The notes: generated by a model from the letters alone, not told the origin. 64,000 nt of DNA from an uncultured Gemmatimonadales bacterium (GCA_963844035.1 CAWJMT010000031.1:19240-83239), one strand, 5' to 3'; counted from the stretch's first letter, positions 11,935 to 27,312 are shown. Translations and numbers: made by a program.

Positions 11935-13431
11935 TTAGCGTCGTTTTCGCGCTCCCAACGTTGCCCAGTGCAACGCCGTGTCCACCGCGCGCCGCCATTC
12001 CGCCTCGCGCGCCCGCACGGACGCCTTGGCCTTCCCGGGCTTGAAGTGCGTGAAGGTGCGACCCTGCAGGAACTCCTCCGTCCCCTTCCACACCCCCACA
12101 CCCAATCCTGCCAGCGCCGCGGCTCCCAGGACCGTGACCTCCAGCACGTCGGGGCGGGCCACCGGTACGCCGAGCAGGTCGGCCTGGAATTGCATGAGCA
12201 GGTCGTTGGCGGACACACCACCGTCCACCTGCAGGGCACGCAGCCGCAGCTTCGAGTCGGCGATCATCGCGTCGAGCAATTCCTTGGTGCTGAACGCCAT
12301 CGCCTCGAGCGCCGCGCGGGCGATGTGCGCGCGCGTCGTGCCGCGCGTGAGTCCGACGATGGTGCCGCGCGCATTGGGCGACCAGTGCGGCGCCCCGAGC
12401 CCCACGAAGGCGGGCACGAAGTACACGCCGCCCGTGTCCGGGACCTCGCCGCCAGTGCTTCGGTCTCGGCGGCGCGGGCGATCATCTTCAAGCCATCCCG
12501 CAGCCATTGGATGGCGGCGCCGGCGATGAACACGCTGCCTTCGAGCGCGTACACCGGCTCGCCCTTGGGGCCGCACCCGATGGTGGTGAGCAGACCATGG
12601 GTCGAGGTGGGTCGCCGCTTGCCGGTATTGAGGAGCAGAAATGCGCCGGTCCCGTACGTGTTCTTCGCCTGCCCCGGCTTCACGCAGCCCTGCCCGAACA
12701 ACGCCGCCTGCTGGTCCCCCGCGATGCCGGTCACGGGGATCTCCACCCCCAGGTGCTCGGCCGCGCAGACGCCGAACATCCCGCTCGAGTTGCGGATCTC
12801 CGGCAAGGATTCGCGGCGCACGCCGAACAGCTTGAGCAGCTCGTCGTCCCAGGCGCGCTTGCCGATGTCGTACAGCATCGTGCGCGACGCGTTGGTGTGA
12901 TCGGTCGCGAAGCTCGCCCCGTTGGTGAGGCGGAACAGCAGCCAGCGTGTCGATCGTGCCGAACACCGCCTCGCCCGCCGCGACGCGCCGCTTCAAGCCC
13001 GGCACGTTCTTCAGCAGCCACTCGATCTTCGTCGCGGAGAAGTAGGGGTCGAGGACCAGCCCGGTGCGCTTGCGGACCATCGCCGCCTTGCCCTGGCGGG
13101 TGAGCTGGCGGGTGCGCGGCTCGGTGCGCCGGTCCTGCCACACGATCGCCCGGTGCAGCGGCCGGCCGGTCTTCCGCTCCCAGACGCACACCGTTTCGCG
13201 CTGGTTGGTGATCCCGAGCGCCACGGGCGTCACCTTCGCCTGCGCCATCGCTTCACGCGCGGCCTCGAGCACCACGCGGAACGTTTCCTCGGGATCGTGC
13301 TCCACCTCCCCGGGCTTCGGGAAGTACTGCGTGATCTCGCGGTAGCCGCGCCCGAGTACGCGACCGTCGGCGGCGAAGACCAGCGCCCGCGCGCCGGTCG
13401 TGCCGGAATCGATGGCCAGGACGGCGCTCAT
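11935..13431 (-). CDS. glpK: Glycerol kinase (two compensating frameshifts near 12944 and 12450)
   Basis: MSAVLAIDSGTTGARALVF...ITNQRETVCVWE...FGTIDT, then the conserved middle (MLYDIGKRAWDDELL...AGDQQAALFGQGC...NTYGTGAFLLLNTG) lies in ORF 12264..12878. It returns to the first frame at GGVYFVPAFVGLGAPHW. Confidence 0.9.
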   Translation of the reverse strand: MSAVLAIDSGTTGARALVFAADGRVLGRGYREITQYFPKPGEVEHDPEETFRVVLEAAREAMAQAKVTPVALGITNQRETVCVWERKTGRPLHRAIVWQDRRTEPRTRQLTRQGKAAMVRKRTGLVLDPYFSATKIEWLLKNVPGLKRRVAAGEAVFGTIDTLAAVPPHQRGELRDRSHQRVAHDAVRHRQARLGRRAAQAVRRAPRILAGDPQLERDVRRLRGRAPGGGDPRDRHRGGPAGGVVRAGLREAGAGEEHVRDRRISAPQYRQAATHLDPWSAHHHRVRPQGRAGVRARRQRVHRRRRHPMAAGWLEDDRPRRRDRSTGGEVPDTGGVYFVPAFVGLGAPHWSPNARGTIVGLTRGTTRAHIARAALEAMAFSTKELLDAMIADSKLRLRALQVDGGVSANDLLMQFQADLLGVPVARPDVLEVTVLGAAALAGLGVGVWKGTEEFLQGRTFTHFKPGKAKASVRAREAEWRRAVDTALHWATLGARKRR

Positions 13432-14452
13432 GAGTTCGCTCCGAAGGGCGGCTGGACCACACCGCGGTCGGTAATGAAGGCGCGCACGTAGCGCGCCGGC
13501 GTGACGTCGAACGCCGGATTCAGCACCCCGGCTGCGGGGGGAGCGATGCGACGGCCGGCGAACGCGGTCACTTCTTCCGGGGCACGTTGCTCGATCGGGA
13601 TACCCTCACCGGTGGCAACAGCGGGATCGATCGTGGATGAAGGCGCGGCACAATAGAACGGCACCTCATGATGAAGGGCGAGGACGGCGAGCGCGTACGT
13701 GCCGATCTTGTTGGCGAAATCGCCGTTGGCGGCGATCCGGTCGGCGCCCACAAGGATGACGTCCACTTCCTTTGCCCGCAACAGCGCGCCGGCCGCTGCG
13801 TCGGCGAGCACGGTACAGGGCACCCCGGCCTCCGTCAGCTCCCACGCGGTGAGGCGCGCCCCCTGAAGCAGCGGCCGGGTCTCGTCGACGTACACGTGCA
13901 CTCGGCGGCCGGCTTCGTGCGCGAGGTAGACGGGCGCGAGCGCCGTGCCGATCCCCCCGGTGGCCAGCGCCCCCGCATTGCAGTGCGTCAGCACGCTGGT
14001 GTTATCGGGAATGAATGGCAGGCCCGCTTCGCCGATCCGCCGGCACATGGCGCGGTCTTCGTCCAGTATCGCCGCCGCCTCCGAGGCGAGGCGGTCCCAG
14101 ATGGCGCCGCCGTCACCGGGAGCCTCACGGGCCGCCCGGCTCATGCGCTCGAGCGCCCAGCCGAGGTTCACCGCCGTGGGTCGAGTCGCCCCGAGCAGGC
14201 CGGCCACCTCAGCCAGCCGCGCCAGGAAGACCTCGCGGCGCTCCTGCCGGTGCGGACGCAGCGCGGCCACGAGCCCCATCGCCGCCGCGATCCCGATGAG
14301 CGGTGCCCCACGCACCTGCAGCGTCCGGATGGCCATCGGCCACGTCGTCCACGGTCTCCAAGTCTCGCTCGACGCGGGCTTCGGGGAGGGCACGCTGGTC
14401 GAGGATGCGGACGGCGCCGGAGGGGCGTCCAGGAGATCGCTTGGACGGGCAT
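13428..14452 (-). CDS. mtnA: S-methyl-5-thioribose-1-phosphate isomerase (eIF-2B family) (two N-terminal frameshifts near 14420 and 14335)
   Basis: AIRTLQVRGAPLIGIAAAMG...THCNAGALATGGIGTALAP...VDETRPLLQGARLTAWEL...GADRIAANGDFANKIGTY. The N-terminus MPVQAISWTP / GAVRILDQRALPEARVE is spread over two other frames. Confidence 0.85.
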
Positions 14453-14469
14453 GGGCGAAAAACTAATGC

Positions 14470-14563
14470 GGTGTCAGGTGTCAGGTGTCAGGTGTCAGAG
14501 GCACGATGTCAGGTGTCACCTGACACTCGCACCTCTGACACCCGACACCTGACACCTGACACC
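14470..14563. repeat. About 94-nt imperfect palindrome made of (GGTGTCA)n / (TGACACC)n heptamer arrays
   Basis: ggtgtcaggtgtcaggtgtcaggtgtcagaggcacgatgtcaggtg-t-cacctgacactcgcacctctgacacccgacacctgacacctgacacc, centre at 14516. It lies between divergent mtnA and the enoyl-CoA hydratase gene. Confidence 0.9.
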
Positions 14564-14584
14564 CCGTCGGTTACCATTCTGTAG

Positions 14585-15367
14585 ATGACCTACCAGACGC
14601 TCCTCTTCGACCTCCGCGACGGGATCGCGTTCGTCACGATCAACCGCCCCGAGAAGCTGAACGCGCTCAACGACCTGGTGATCAGCGAGCTGTCCCTCGC
14701 CGCGGAGCGCATCGCCAACGAGCAGGCGATCCGCGGAGCGATCGTCACGGGGGCCGGCTCGAAGGCGTTCGCGGCCGGCGCCGATATCGCGGAGCTCGCC
14801 CAACAAAGTCCGTTTGAAGGAAAGGCCCGGGCGCTGCGGGGACAGGCCGTGCTGCGGCAGCTCGAAACGTGCGGGAAGCCGGTCGTCGCCGCCGTGAACG
14901 GGTTCGCGCTGGGGGGCGGCTGCGAGCTGGCGCTCGCCTGCCACCTGCGGGTGGCCAGTGAGACCGCCAAGTTCGGGCAGCCCGAGGTGAAGCTCGGCAT
15001 CGCGCCGGGGTACGGCGGTACCCAACGGCTCCCGCGCCTGGTTGGGAAAGGCGTTGCCCTCCACCTGATTCTCAGCGCCGAGATCATCGACGCGGCCGAG
15101 GCCTACCGGATTGGCCTCGTGAACAAGGTCGTCCCGGCCGGCGCGTTACAGGCCGAAGCGGAGCGGATGCTGCGAGGCATCCTGCAGATGGGACCGCTCG
15201 CCGTGCAGCTGGCGCTGGAGGCGGTCGAGCGGGGCCTCGACATGACGCTCGACGAAGGCCTGCTGCTCGAAGCCAACCACTTTGGCCTGCTGGCGGCGAC
15301 CCGGGATATGAAAGAGGGGCTCACCGCTTTTCTCGAAAAACGGGCGCCAAAGTTCGAGGGACGCTAG
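14585..15367 (+). CDS. Enoyl-CoA hydratase/isomerase (crotonase family)
   Basis: ITINRPEKLNALN...GAGSKAFAAGADI...AAVNGFALGGGCELALACH...FGQPEVKLGIAPGYGGTQRL. Confidence 0.9.
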   Translation: MTYQTLLFDLRDGIAFVTINRPEKLNALNDLVISELSLAAERIANEQAIRGAIVTGAGSKAFAAGADIAELAQQSPFEGKARALRGQAVLRQLETCGKPVVAAVNGFALGGGCELALACHLRVASETAKFGQPEVKLGIAPGYGGTQRLPRLVGKGVALHLILSAEIIDAAEAYRIGLVNKVVPAGALQAEAERMLRGILQMGPLAVQLALEAVERGLDMTLDEGLLLEANHFGLLAATRDMKEGLTAFLEKRAPKFEGR

Positions 15368-15379
15368 ACTTAGTAAGTC

Positions 15380-15408
15380 TTGACCTGACAATGACTTCAG
15401 TGTATCTT
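15380..15408 (+). promoter_or_regulatory. Sigma70-like promoter upstream of DUF721-gyrB
   Basis: TTGACC (15380-15385), 17-nt spacer, TATCTT (15403-15408). This makes the ATG at 15391 in the track an unlikely start. Confidence 0.5.
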
Positions 15409-15471
15409 ATGGGGGGTTGTCGCGCGCTACGGGACACCCCGTGGCGCTTCTTTTGTCGGGGGATCTCCGGG

Positions 15472-17742
<2,271 letters not shown>

Positions 17743-17743
<1 letters not shown>

Positions 17744-17761
17744 CGGTCGAGGGCGGTCGAG
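17743..17761. repeat. Short tandem GCGGTCGAG(G) duplication immediately after the gyrB stop
   Basis: gcggtcgagggcggtcgag; shares the GGCGGTC core with the array at 27316-27360. Confidence 0.6.
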
Positions 17762-17782
17762 TGTTGCACTTCAAGGTTGATA

Positions 17783-18109
17783 TCAGGCAGCACCGTCATC
17801 CTCCGCCAAATCGTCAATGCCTGCAGCACCCGCAGGCCATGCGTGGTAAGTGACGGCAATCCCATCCTTCAATGCCTGCTCGAATCGCGCCCGACTGCGA
17901 TGACCCTGAGGAAATGCGTCGAGTTCGACGGCGTACGCTTTGTCGAGTTCCCCGACATCCCACCCAGCCTCGTCCATGAATTCACGTGCAGCGGCTTCAG
18001 CCGCGCCCTGAACCACTTCGTTCACAAAGACGGCGGCGAGTGCTCCACCCACCTCATCGTATGCTGGGTGCGAAGGCTTCGGACGCGTTTCGAATGTGAG
18101 AAAGAACAT
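17783..18109 (-). CDS. Small acidic hypothetical protein
   Basis: 108-aa ORF (MFFLTFETRPKPSHPAYDEVGGALAAVFVNE...) in a visibly lower-GC stretch; no family recognised by eye. Confidence 0.4.
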   Translation of the reverse strand: MFFLTFETRPKPSHPAYDEVGGALAAVFVNEVVQGAAEAAAREFMDEAGWDVGELDKAYAVELDAFPQGHRSRARFEQALKDGIAVTYHAWPAGAAGIDDLAEDDGAA

Positions 18110-18118
18110 GGGGATTCG

Positions 18119-18586
18119 CTATTGAACGGATTCGTTGGTGCTGTCTAACGAACGGGCCGCAACATGTGACTTCGGTTCACGCGCTCGACTGACAAAGGGA
18201 GCCAAGAGTGCGTTGATCACAAAGCACGATACCAGCAGCACTGAGTACTCCATGCCGTTGCGCCCGCCACCCACCACAAACCAGCCTTCCGGCGCATGCA
18301 CCAGGATGATGCCGGTAAGGAGTTCGACCGCGAACCAGACACAGAGCGGGATGACCAAGAACCCCGCCGCCAAGCTCAGGCCGCCCAGCACCTCGACCAC
18401 AGAGAGGGTCCAGGCGACGGCGCCGCCGAAGGGGATGTGTTGTGAGCTGAGGTACGTGCCGAATCCAGGGACACCGCCGCTCGCGATGCGCGCTGTACCG
18501 TGCACCACAATGAGGAGCGCCGGAATGGCGCGCAACGCATTCAGCGCGATGAAGGTCTGCCGGGTAACCTGAGAGATAGGCTCCAA
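18119..18586 (-). CDS. DoxX-family membrane protein
   Basis: Four hydrophobic helices and an HG...R...G pattern typical of DoxX (LLIVVHGTARIASGG...VEVLGGLSLAAGFL...). Confidence 0.6.
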   Translation of the reverse strand: MEPISQVTRQTFIALNALRAIPALLIVVHGTARIASGGVPGFGTYLSSQHIPFGGAVAWTLSVVEVLGGLSLAAGFLVIPLCVWFAVELLTGIILVHAPEGWFVVGGGRNGMEYSVLLVSCFVINALLAPFVSRAREPKSHVAARSLDSTNESVQ

Positions 18587-18622
18587 TGTGCCTCCTGGCT
18601 AACGGATCGCGAGGTTCTTCCT

Positions 18623-19823
18623 CTAGGACGACAAAAGCCCGACCGACTCATGACGACCCTTGATCGACCGCAGCAGGACGTCGCGCAATTCGTCCGGCGT
18701 GAGCACCAAAGGGTTGCCCTTCATGCTGCTGGTCCTCGCACTCTCCTCGACCAACACGGCAACGTCCTGCTCACTGACCCCATAGACGGCAAGAGGCGGG
18801 ATTTCAAATTCCGCGCAAATGTCCCGCGCCCAGGAAATCCCGTCTTCGGCAGTCGCACCGGGCCGCCCCGTGAGCATGCGTCCGACCTCCTCGTACCGGC
18901 GCAGCGCCACGCTTTGCGGGTCGCGGTCACGCAGGGCGCGGAGGTTCACTTCCATCCCGTAGGGCAGAATGGCTGCGCAAATCGCGCCATGCGGCGCGCG
19001 GAACCGACCGCCCACGGGAGCAGCGAACCCGTGTACGACGCCGAGACCGGCGTTGGCGAGGGCCATCCCACTCAAGAGTGCCGCGAGCGCCATGTCGTGC
19101 CGCGGTTCAGGCTGCTGGCCATGGTGAAACGCCCGACGCAGCGAACGCGCGACCAGCTGGATGCCCTGGACGCAGAATCCATCGGTCACAGGATTCGCGC
19201 GAATCGACACGTAGGCCTCGATCAACTGCGTCAGCGCGTCGAGGCCGGTGCGCGCGGTTACGGTCGAGGGCAGGCCGAGAGTCAGTTGCGGGTCCACGAC
19301 CGCGAGGCGCGGAAGAAGGAAGGGGCTGCGCAGACTGACCTTGACTCCGTTCGGCCCTACCGGCACACCCAACACCGCGTTGCGGGTTACCTCTGACCCA
19401 GTCCCCGCGGTCGTGGGAACGGCGATGAACGGCGCGGCAGGATTGAGCAGGGGTTTGCCCTGGCCCACCACCTCCAGATATGCCATGACCTCGCCGGCAT
19501 TCGTCAGGAGCCCGGCAATGGCTTTCCCCGTGTCGATGACGCTGCCGCCTCCCACGGCGATGACCACGTCACACCGTTCCTGGCGCGCCTCCTGTAACCC
19601 CCTGCGCGATCAGCTCGACGGTGGGTTCACCGGAGACGGCGAACGCGAACGTCAGAGCGCCTGCAGCCTCCAGGTCCGCCCGGAGCCGGTTCCCGAACGC
19701 GGGAGCGGATCCGGTGACCACCAGCACCCTGCGTCCCCACTGGGTGGCCGCAGGTGCCACCTGCTGCACGGTGCCTTCGCCGAAAATGATGCGCGCCGCG
19801 GTGGAAAATTCAAACAGAGACAT
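18623..19823 (-). CDS. Iron-containing alcohol dehydrogenase (apparent frameshift near 19600)
   Basis: The N-terminus MSLFEFSTAARIIFGEGTVQQV...LVVTG is in ORF 19569..19823. The rest (VIAVGGGSVIDTGKA...PTTAGTGSEVT...GVVHGFAAPVGG) is in ORF 18623..19567. Confidence 0.85.
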
Positions 19824-20100
19824 CGGTGTACTGCACGCGCGTCCGTGGCGCGGCCATCAGCGGTTCCGCGCGCTCGCGCCACGCGGCGTAATGGGCGGTC
19901 TCCTTGTGGGCCACGGTGGCTTCCACGCTCCGATACACCTCGACGAGCACAAACCGCGTGGGGTCATCGTGCTGCTGAATGACATCGAAGCGCGCGATGC
20001 CCGGCTCCTTACGACTATTCCGCGCATTCTCGATCGTCGCTTGCTTGAACGCCTCAATGCCATCGGGCTTCACGACAATGTGTACGTGAATAATCAGCAT
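19810..20100 (-). CDS. Antibiotic-biosynthesis-monooxygenase (ABM) domain protein
   Basis: MLIIHVHIVVKPDGIEAFKQATIENARNSRKEPGIARFDVIQQHDDPTRFVLVEVYRS..AHKETAHY. Confidence 0.7.
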   Translation of the reverse strand: MLIIHVHIVVKPDGIEAFKQATIENARNSRKEPGIARFDVIQQHDDPTRFVLVEVYRSVEATVAHKETAHYAAWRERAEPLMAAPRTRVQYTDVSV

Positions 20101-20168
20101 GACCTGTTCCCTTCCTTGTGGTGCCTCGCTGTCGTGTAGTCGTGGCGTTCGTGGCGCTCAACTATTAA

Positions 20169-21630
20169 CTAGACCGCAATGTGATTCCCTCGTCCAGGAC
20201 AGGCTGGTCCCCGCATGCTCCATCGAAGCAGGCGAACCATCCGCACCACGTTCAGTCCCGGGACCCCGCCTTGCGGACCACGCGCGGCGGCCGCGTAAGC
20301 GGTCAGCTCCTCGACCCCCGCCTTGGTCACCCGATGGGAAATGAGCGGCAGCGGCGGATCGACGAGACGGTCCGCGACGACGATCGCCTCCGCCAGCGCG
20401 TTGCTCCCGAGCTGCGCGCCGCCCGCGTCCCGGGCGTAGATCGACGCGATCGGCTCTCCCGCCAGCACCTTGTCCCCCGGCTTCACCGAGATGACGAACC
20501 CGACGGTGGGGTCGATCGTGTCGTCAACCTTGGACCTCCCCCCGCCCATCGCCACGATGGCGCGGCCGATGGTACGCGGCTCCACCTGGGCGACGACGCC
20601 GGTGCGCGGCGCGGTGTAGACCTCCACCACCAGCGCCTGGGGCAACACACCCGGATCGTCGAGCACGCGGGGGTTCCCGCCCTGGGCTTCGATGATCTGC
20701 TCGAATTTTTCGGCGGCGAGACCAGACCCAAGCGTGTTCTCGAGGCGCTTGCGCGCCTTGGTGGTGGCTCGCTCGACGCCGGCGGCGAGCAGCATCTCGA
20801 CGCCCAGCGCGTAGACGACCTCCATCAGGTCGGGGGGGCCCTCGCCGTGCAGCGCCAGGATCGCTTCCTCGGTTTCGAGCGCGTTGCCGCAGGCGCGGCC
20901 GAGGGGCCGATCCATCGCCGTGAGCAGCGCCGTGGTAGGGCAGCCCCGGTCTTCGCCCAGGGCGATCATGGTGCGGGCCAGATCGAGGCCCTGCTCGAGC
21001 GACGGAAGGAACGCTCCCGTCCCATGTTTGACGTCGAGCACCAGCGCGTTCAGCCCCTCGGCCAGCTTCTTCGACATGATGCTCGCGGCGATGAGGGGAA
21101 TCGCCTCCACCGTGCCGGTCACGTCCCGCAGGGCGTACAGCCGCCGGTCCGCCGGCGCGAGCTCCGGGGTCTGGCCGATCAGCGCGCATCCGATGCGGAG
21201 CACCTGGGCCTTCGCTTCCGCCAGCGACAGGCCGGTTCGAAACCCGGGAATCGCTTCGAGCTTATCGAGCGTGCCGCCGGTATGACCCAGGCCACGACCC
21301 GCCGTCATCGGGATGGCGACGCCGCACGCCGCCACGAGCGGCGCGAGCACGAGCGACACCTTGTCCCCCACCCCGCCGGTCGAGTGCTTGTCCACGCGCG
21401 GCGTGGCCCACCGGTCGAACGAAAGCCGCTGCCCGGAGGCGATCATCGCGTCGGTGAGGGCCGCGAGCTCCTGGCGCTCGAGGCCGCGGAACACGATCGC
21501 CATCAGCAGCGCGGCCATCTGGTAGTCCGGAACCCGGTCCGCGGTGTATTCAGCGATCAGGGCCGACCACTCTTCGGGCGGTGAGCGCGGCGCCATCGCG
21601 CTTGCGCTCGATGAGCGGCGAGACGAACAT
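20169..21630 (-). CDS. Thymidine / pyrimidine-nucleoside phosphorylase (frameshift near 21578; C-terminal ~50 aa look like an artefactual extension)
   Basis: MFVSPLIERKRDGAALTA, then EEWSALIAEY...DKHSTGGVGDKVSLVLAP...MTAGRGLGHTGGTLDKLE...SIMSKKLAEG. The tail after ISHRVT is longer than usual for the family. Confidence 0.85.
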
Positions 21631-21659
21631 TAGCGATCAGCCCCCACACGGAGTCCCGC

Positions 21660-22509
21660 ATGCGCTGTCTGATCACCGTCCTGGCGTTGTCGCTCGCGTC
21701 GCATCCGCTCACGGCGCAGGATTCGTCGGTCGCCGAGCCGGCACGCGCCGGTCGAGGTCGCCAAGCCGGCATCGCCGGCGGTCCTGGCCGAAATCCACGC
21801 CGGGGACAGCCTCGAGACCGCGCTCCAGCCCGATTCGGCGCTGACGCGCTTCCGCGCGGCGCTGGCGCTCGACCCGACGAACTACGATGCCAATTGGAAG
21901 GCGGCGCGCTCGATCATGAACGTCGCGAAACAGATCGACAGCGACGAAGACGCGCTCAAGAAACGCCGCGACAGCATGTACGTGCAGGCCCGCGTATGGG
22001 CGGAGGAGGCGGTCAGCACCAACCCGAAGGGCGCATGGGGACATTCCACCCTGGCGCAGGCGATCGGGCGCCTGTCCCGTACCAAGGGGGGCAAGGAGCG
22101 CGTCCGCTTCGCCAAGACCATCTACGACGAAGCGCTCATGGCCACCGAGCTCGATTCGACCAACGACCCCGCCTTCCACGTCCTCGGCGCCTGGCACGCG
22201 GAGATCAAGCGCCTGTCGGGGATGACGCGCTTTTTCGCCAAGACGCTGTTCGGGGCCGATTTCATGAGCAAGGCCAACTGGACCGACGCCGAGAGGTACA
22301 TGAAGCGGGCCGTCGCCCTCAAGCCCGAGAACATCTACCATCACCTCGAGCTGGCGGAGGTGTACGTGGACGTCAAGAAGTACGACAAGGCGCGGGAGCA
22401 GCTCAAGTTGGTCCAAGAACTCCCCATCTCTGATGTGCTCGATCACAAGCACAAGAGCGAAGCCGCGGATCTGCTCGAAGAGATCAAGAACAAGAAAGAC
22501 TACACCTAG
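21660..22509 (+). CDS. Secreted TPR-like helical-repeat protein (frameshift near 21740)
   Basis: The signal peptide MRCLITVLALSLASHPLTAQ is in frame 0. The body (LTRFRAALALDPTNYDANWKAARS...MKRAVALKPENIYHHLELAEVYVDVKKYDKAREQL) is in frame +1. Confidence 0.6.
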
Positions 22510-23876
22510 GGCGCCATAAGGCGCTCGATCGCGTCCGTGGTGCGCGGCAGCTGCGCCGACAGCCATTCCGCGCCGGTCGCCGTCACGAGCACGTCGTCTT
22601 CGATCCGGATCCCCAGGCTCTCCTCCGGCAGGTAGATCCCGGGTTCGATCGTCACCACCATCCCCGGCGCGAACGGCGCATCGTCGTCTCCGGGATCGTG
22701 CACGTTCATCCCCAGCCAGTGCCCCAGGCCGTGCACGAAGTACTCGTCGCAGGTGCGCTCCCCGCACAGCTTTCCCGAATGGGCCTCCATGTAGTTGCGG
22801 GCGATCCGGTTCAGATCGCGCCACCGGACGCCGGGCCGCACCGAATCGAAGGCGGCCCGCTGGGTGGCAAGCACGAGATCGTAGAGCGCTTTTTGTCGCG
22901 CTGTGAAGCGCCCGCTCACGGGAAAGGTGCGGGTCACGTCCGCCGTGTACTGCCCCCATTCCGCTCCGGCGTCCACGGCCACGAGCTCCCCAGCCCGCAT
23001 CTGGCGGCGATTGGTGTCGTAATGGAGTGTGGGGCCATTCGGCCCGCTGCCCACGAATGACGGGTACCCGACCCGGTCGGCGCCGTTGCCGCGGAAGGTG
23101 GCTTCGATGACGGCCTCGAGCTGGTACTCATACATCCCGGGCCGGACCGCCCGCATTCCGGCCCGGTGACCCAGGAGGGTGATGTCGATCGCCATGCGGA
23201 GGCGGCGGAGCTCGTCGGCATCTTTCACCATGCGCAGCGAGTCGGCCAGGGGATACAAATCCCGGAGGTCGCGCCCGGCGAGGGCGGCGCTCATCGCGCG
23301 TTGCTCGTCGGGTGACAGCGCGTCGAGCGGGAGATAGATGGGTCCGGTATCCCGTGCGGCGCGGGTGAGGCGTCCGGCCAGCGAGTCGAGAGCGATCACG
23401 TCGCGGATGCCCGTCAGGCGGGCAGCGACCGAATCGGGTCCGAGCTGGATGCCGGTCCAGCGCTCTTCGGAGGTGTCGCGCGCGGGAAGCAACAGCGTGA
23501 CATGCGCCGAATCGGGCGCGGCCGCCAGGAGCAGCCAGGCGTCGTGGGTTTCGAGTCCGGTGAAGTAAAAGAACGTGTCGTCCTGGCGGAAATCGTTGTC
23601 CTGCATGTGATCGCGCTCGATCTCGCGGGTGTGGGCCGCGGGAATCAGCGCGATGCCCCGCCCGATGCGCCGCAGCAGCGCGCGGCGCCGCGCCGCGACC
23701 GCCGCCGTGTCCACGGGCCGGCCCATACCCGGCAGCTCCGGAAGCGGCGTCCAGCGGCCCACAGGCACCGCGGGGATTGCGACCATCGTCGGACCGGTGG
23801 GCGCGCGACGCGGAGGCGCCGCCTGCGCGGAGAGCGTCGCGGCGCAGGCGAGCGACAGAAAGATGAAGGCGCGCAT
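22506..23876 (-). CDS. Secreted Xaa-Pro aminopeptidase (M24B)
   Basis: Signal peptide MRAFIFLSLACAATLSAQ, then FRQDDTFFYFTG...YPSFVGSGPNGPTLHY...VAVDAGAEWGQYTADVTRTFP...HGLGHWLGMNVHD...VVTIEPGIY...IRIEDDV. Confidence 0.85.
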   Translation of the reverse strand: MRAFIFLSLACAATLSAQAAPPRRAPTGPTMVAIPAVPVGRWTPLPELPGMGRPVDTAAVAARRRALLRRIGRGIALIPAAHTREIERDHMQDNDFRQDDTFFYFTGLETHDAWLLLAAAPDSAHVTLLLPARDTSEERWTGIQLGPDSVAARLTGIRDVIALDSLAGRLTRAARDTGPIYLPLDALSPDEQRAMSAALAGRDLRDLYPLADSLRMVKDADELRRLRMAIDITLLGHRAGMRAVRPGMYEYQLEAVIEATFRGNGADRVGYPSFVGSGPNGPTLHYDTNRRQMRAGELVAVDAGAEWGQYTADVTRTFPVSGRFTARQKALYDLVLATQRAAFDSVRPGVRWRDLNRIARNYMEAHSGKLCGERTCDEYFVHGLGHWLGMNVHDPGDDDAPFAPGMVVTIEPGIYLPEESLGIRIEDDVLVTATGAEWLSAQLPRTTDAIERLMAP

Positions 23877-23954
23877 CGGGTCCGAAGCTACTTCGGAACC
23901 AGAGAGGCGGCAAACCGCTTGACGGCTTGTCCGCCGGTGACGCAAACTACGTTC

Positions 23955-26747
<2,793 letters not shown>

Positions 26748-26760
26748 GTTGCGGTCCCCT

Positions 26761-27312
26761 ATGAGCACTCCGCCGAGCACCGACATCGAAGGTCTGACCA
26801 TCGGCCGCGCCGCGCTGCGCCAGCTGCACACCAGCCTGCTGCGCGACGCCACCGATCACGCCATCAACATCCTGCAGGACGCGGGGTTCGCCGCCGGAGC
26901 GGGAGTGTTTCAGGCGTTCTGCGCCTGGCTCCCCGATCACGCCGGCGTGGCGCGGCCCGAAGACCTCGACGCCACCCAGCTCGGCGGCGTGCTCACGGAG
27001 TTCTTCCAGTCGAGCGGCTGGGGCGCCCTCACCGTTAGCCCCGTGGGCGGCGCGGCCCTGGCGCTCGACAGCACCGCATGGGCCGAAGCCGAGCCCGGGA
27101 CGGCACAGACCCCGATGTGCTTCTTTTCGGCAGGGATGCTGGCCGACTTCCTCGGCCGCCTCTCGGGTGAGCCCGTGGCGGTCATGGAGGTGGAATGCCG
27201 CAGCAAGAACGACGAGCGGTGCCGCTTTCTCTCGGCGTCGCCGGCTACGCTGAATGCGGTGTATGAGGAGATGAGCCAGGGACGGAGCTATGAAGAGGCG
27301 CTGGGAGGGTGA
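26761..27312 (+). CDS. V4R (4-vinyl reductase-like) domain protein
   Basis: MCFFSAGMLADFLGRLSGEPVAVMEVECRSKNDERCRFL at the C-terminus is the V4R Cys pattern. Confidence 0.6.
   Translation: MSTPPSTDIEGLTIGRAALRQLHTSLLRDATDHAINILQDAGFAAGAGVFQAFCAWLPDHAGVARPEDLDATQLGGVLTEFFQSSGWGALTVSPVGGAALALDSTAWAEAEPGTAQTPMCFFSAGMLADFLGRLSGEPVAVMEVECRSKNDERCRFLSASPATLNAVYEEMSQGRSYEEALGG

Noticed and set aside
14470-14563. Possibility that the tandem repeat arrays are CRISPR arrays
   Set aside because: Units are 7-8 nt with no unique spacers, arrays are under 100 nt, and no cas genes are present.
17744-20168. Lower-GC block (small acidic protein, DoxX, Fe-ADH, ABM) as a genomic island or toxin-antitoxin locus
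   Set aside because: The gene content is ordinary redox/detox. There are no mobility genes, flanking repeats or TA-like pairing; the composition shift alone is insufficient.
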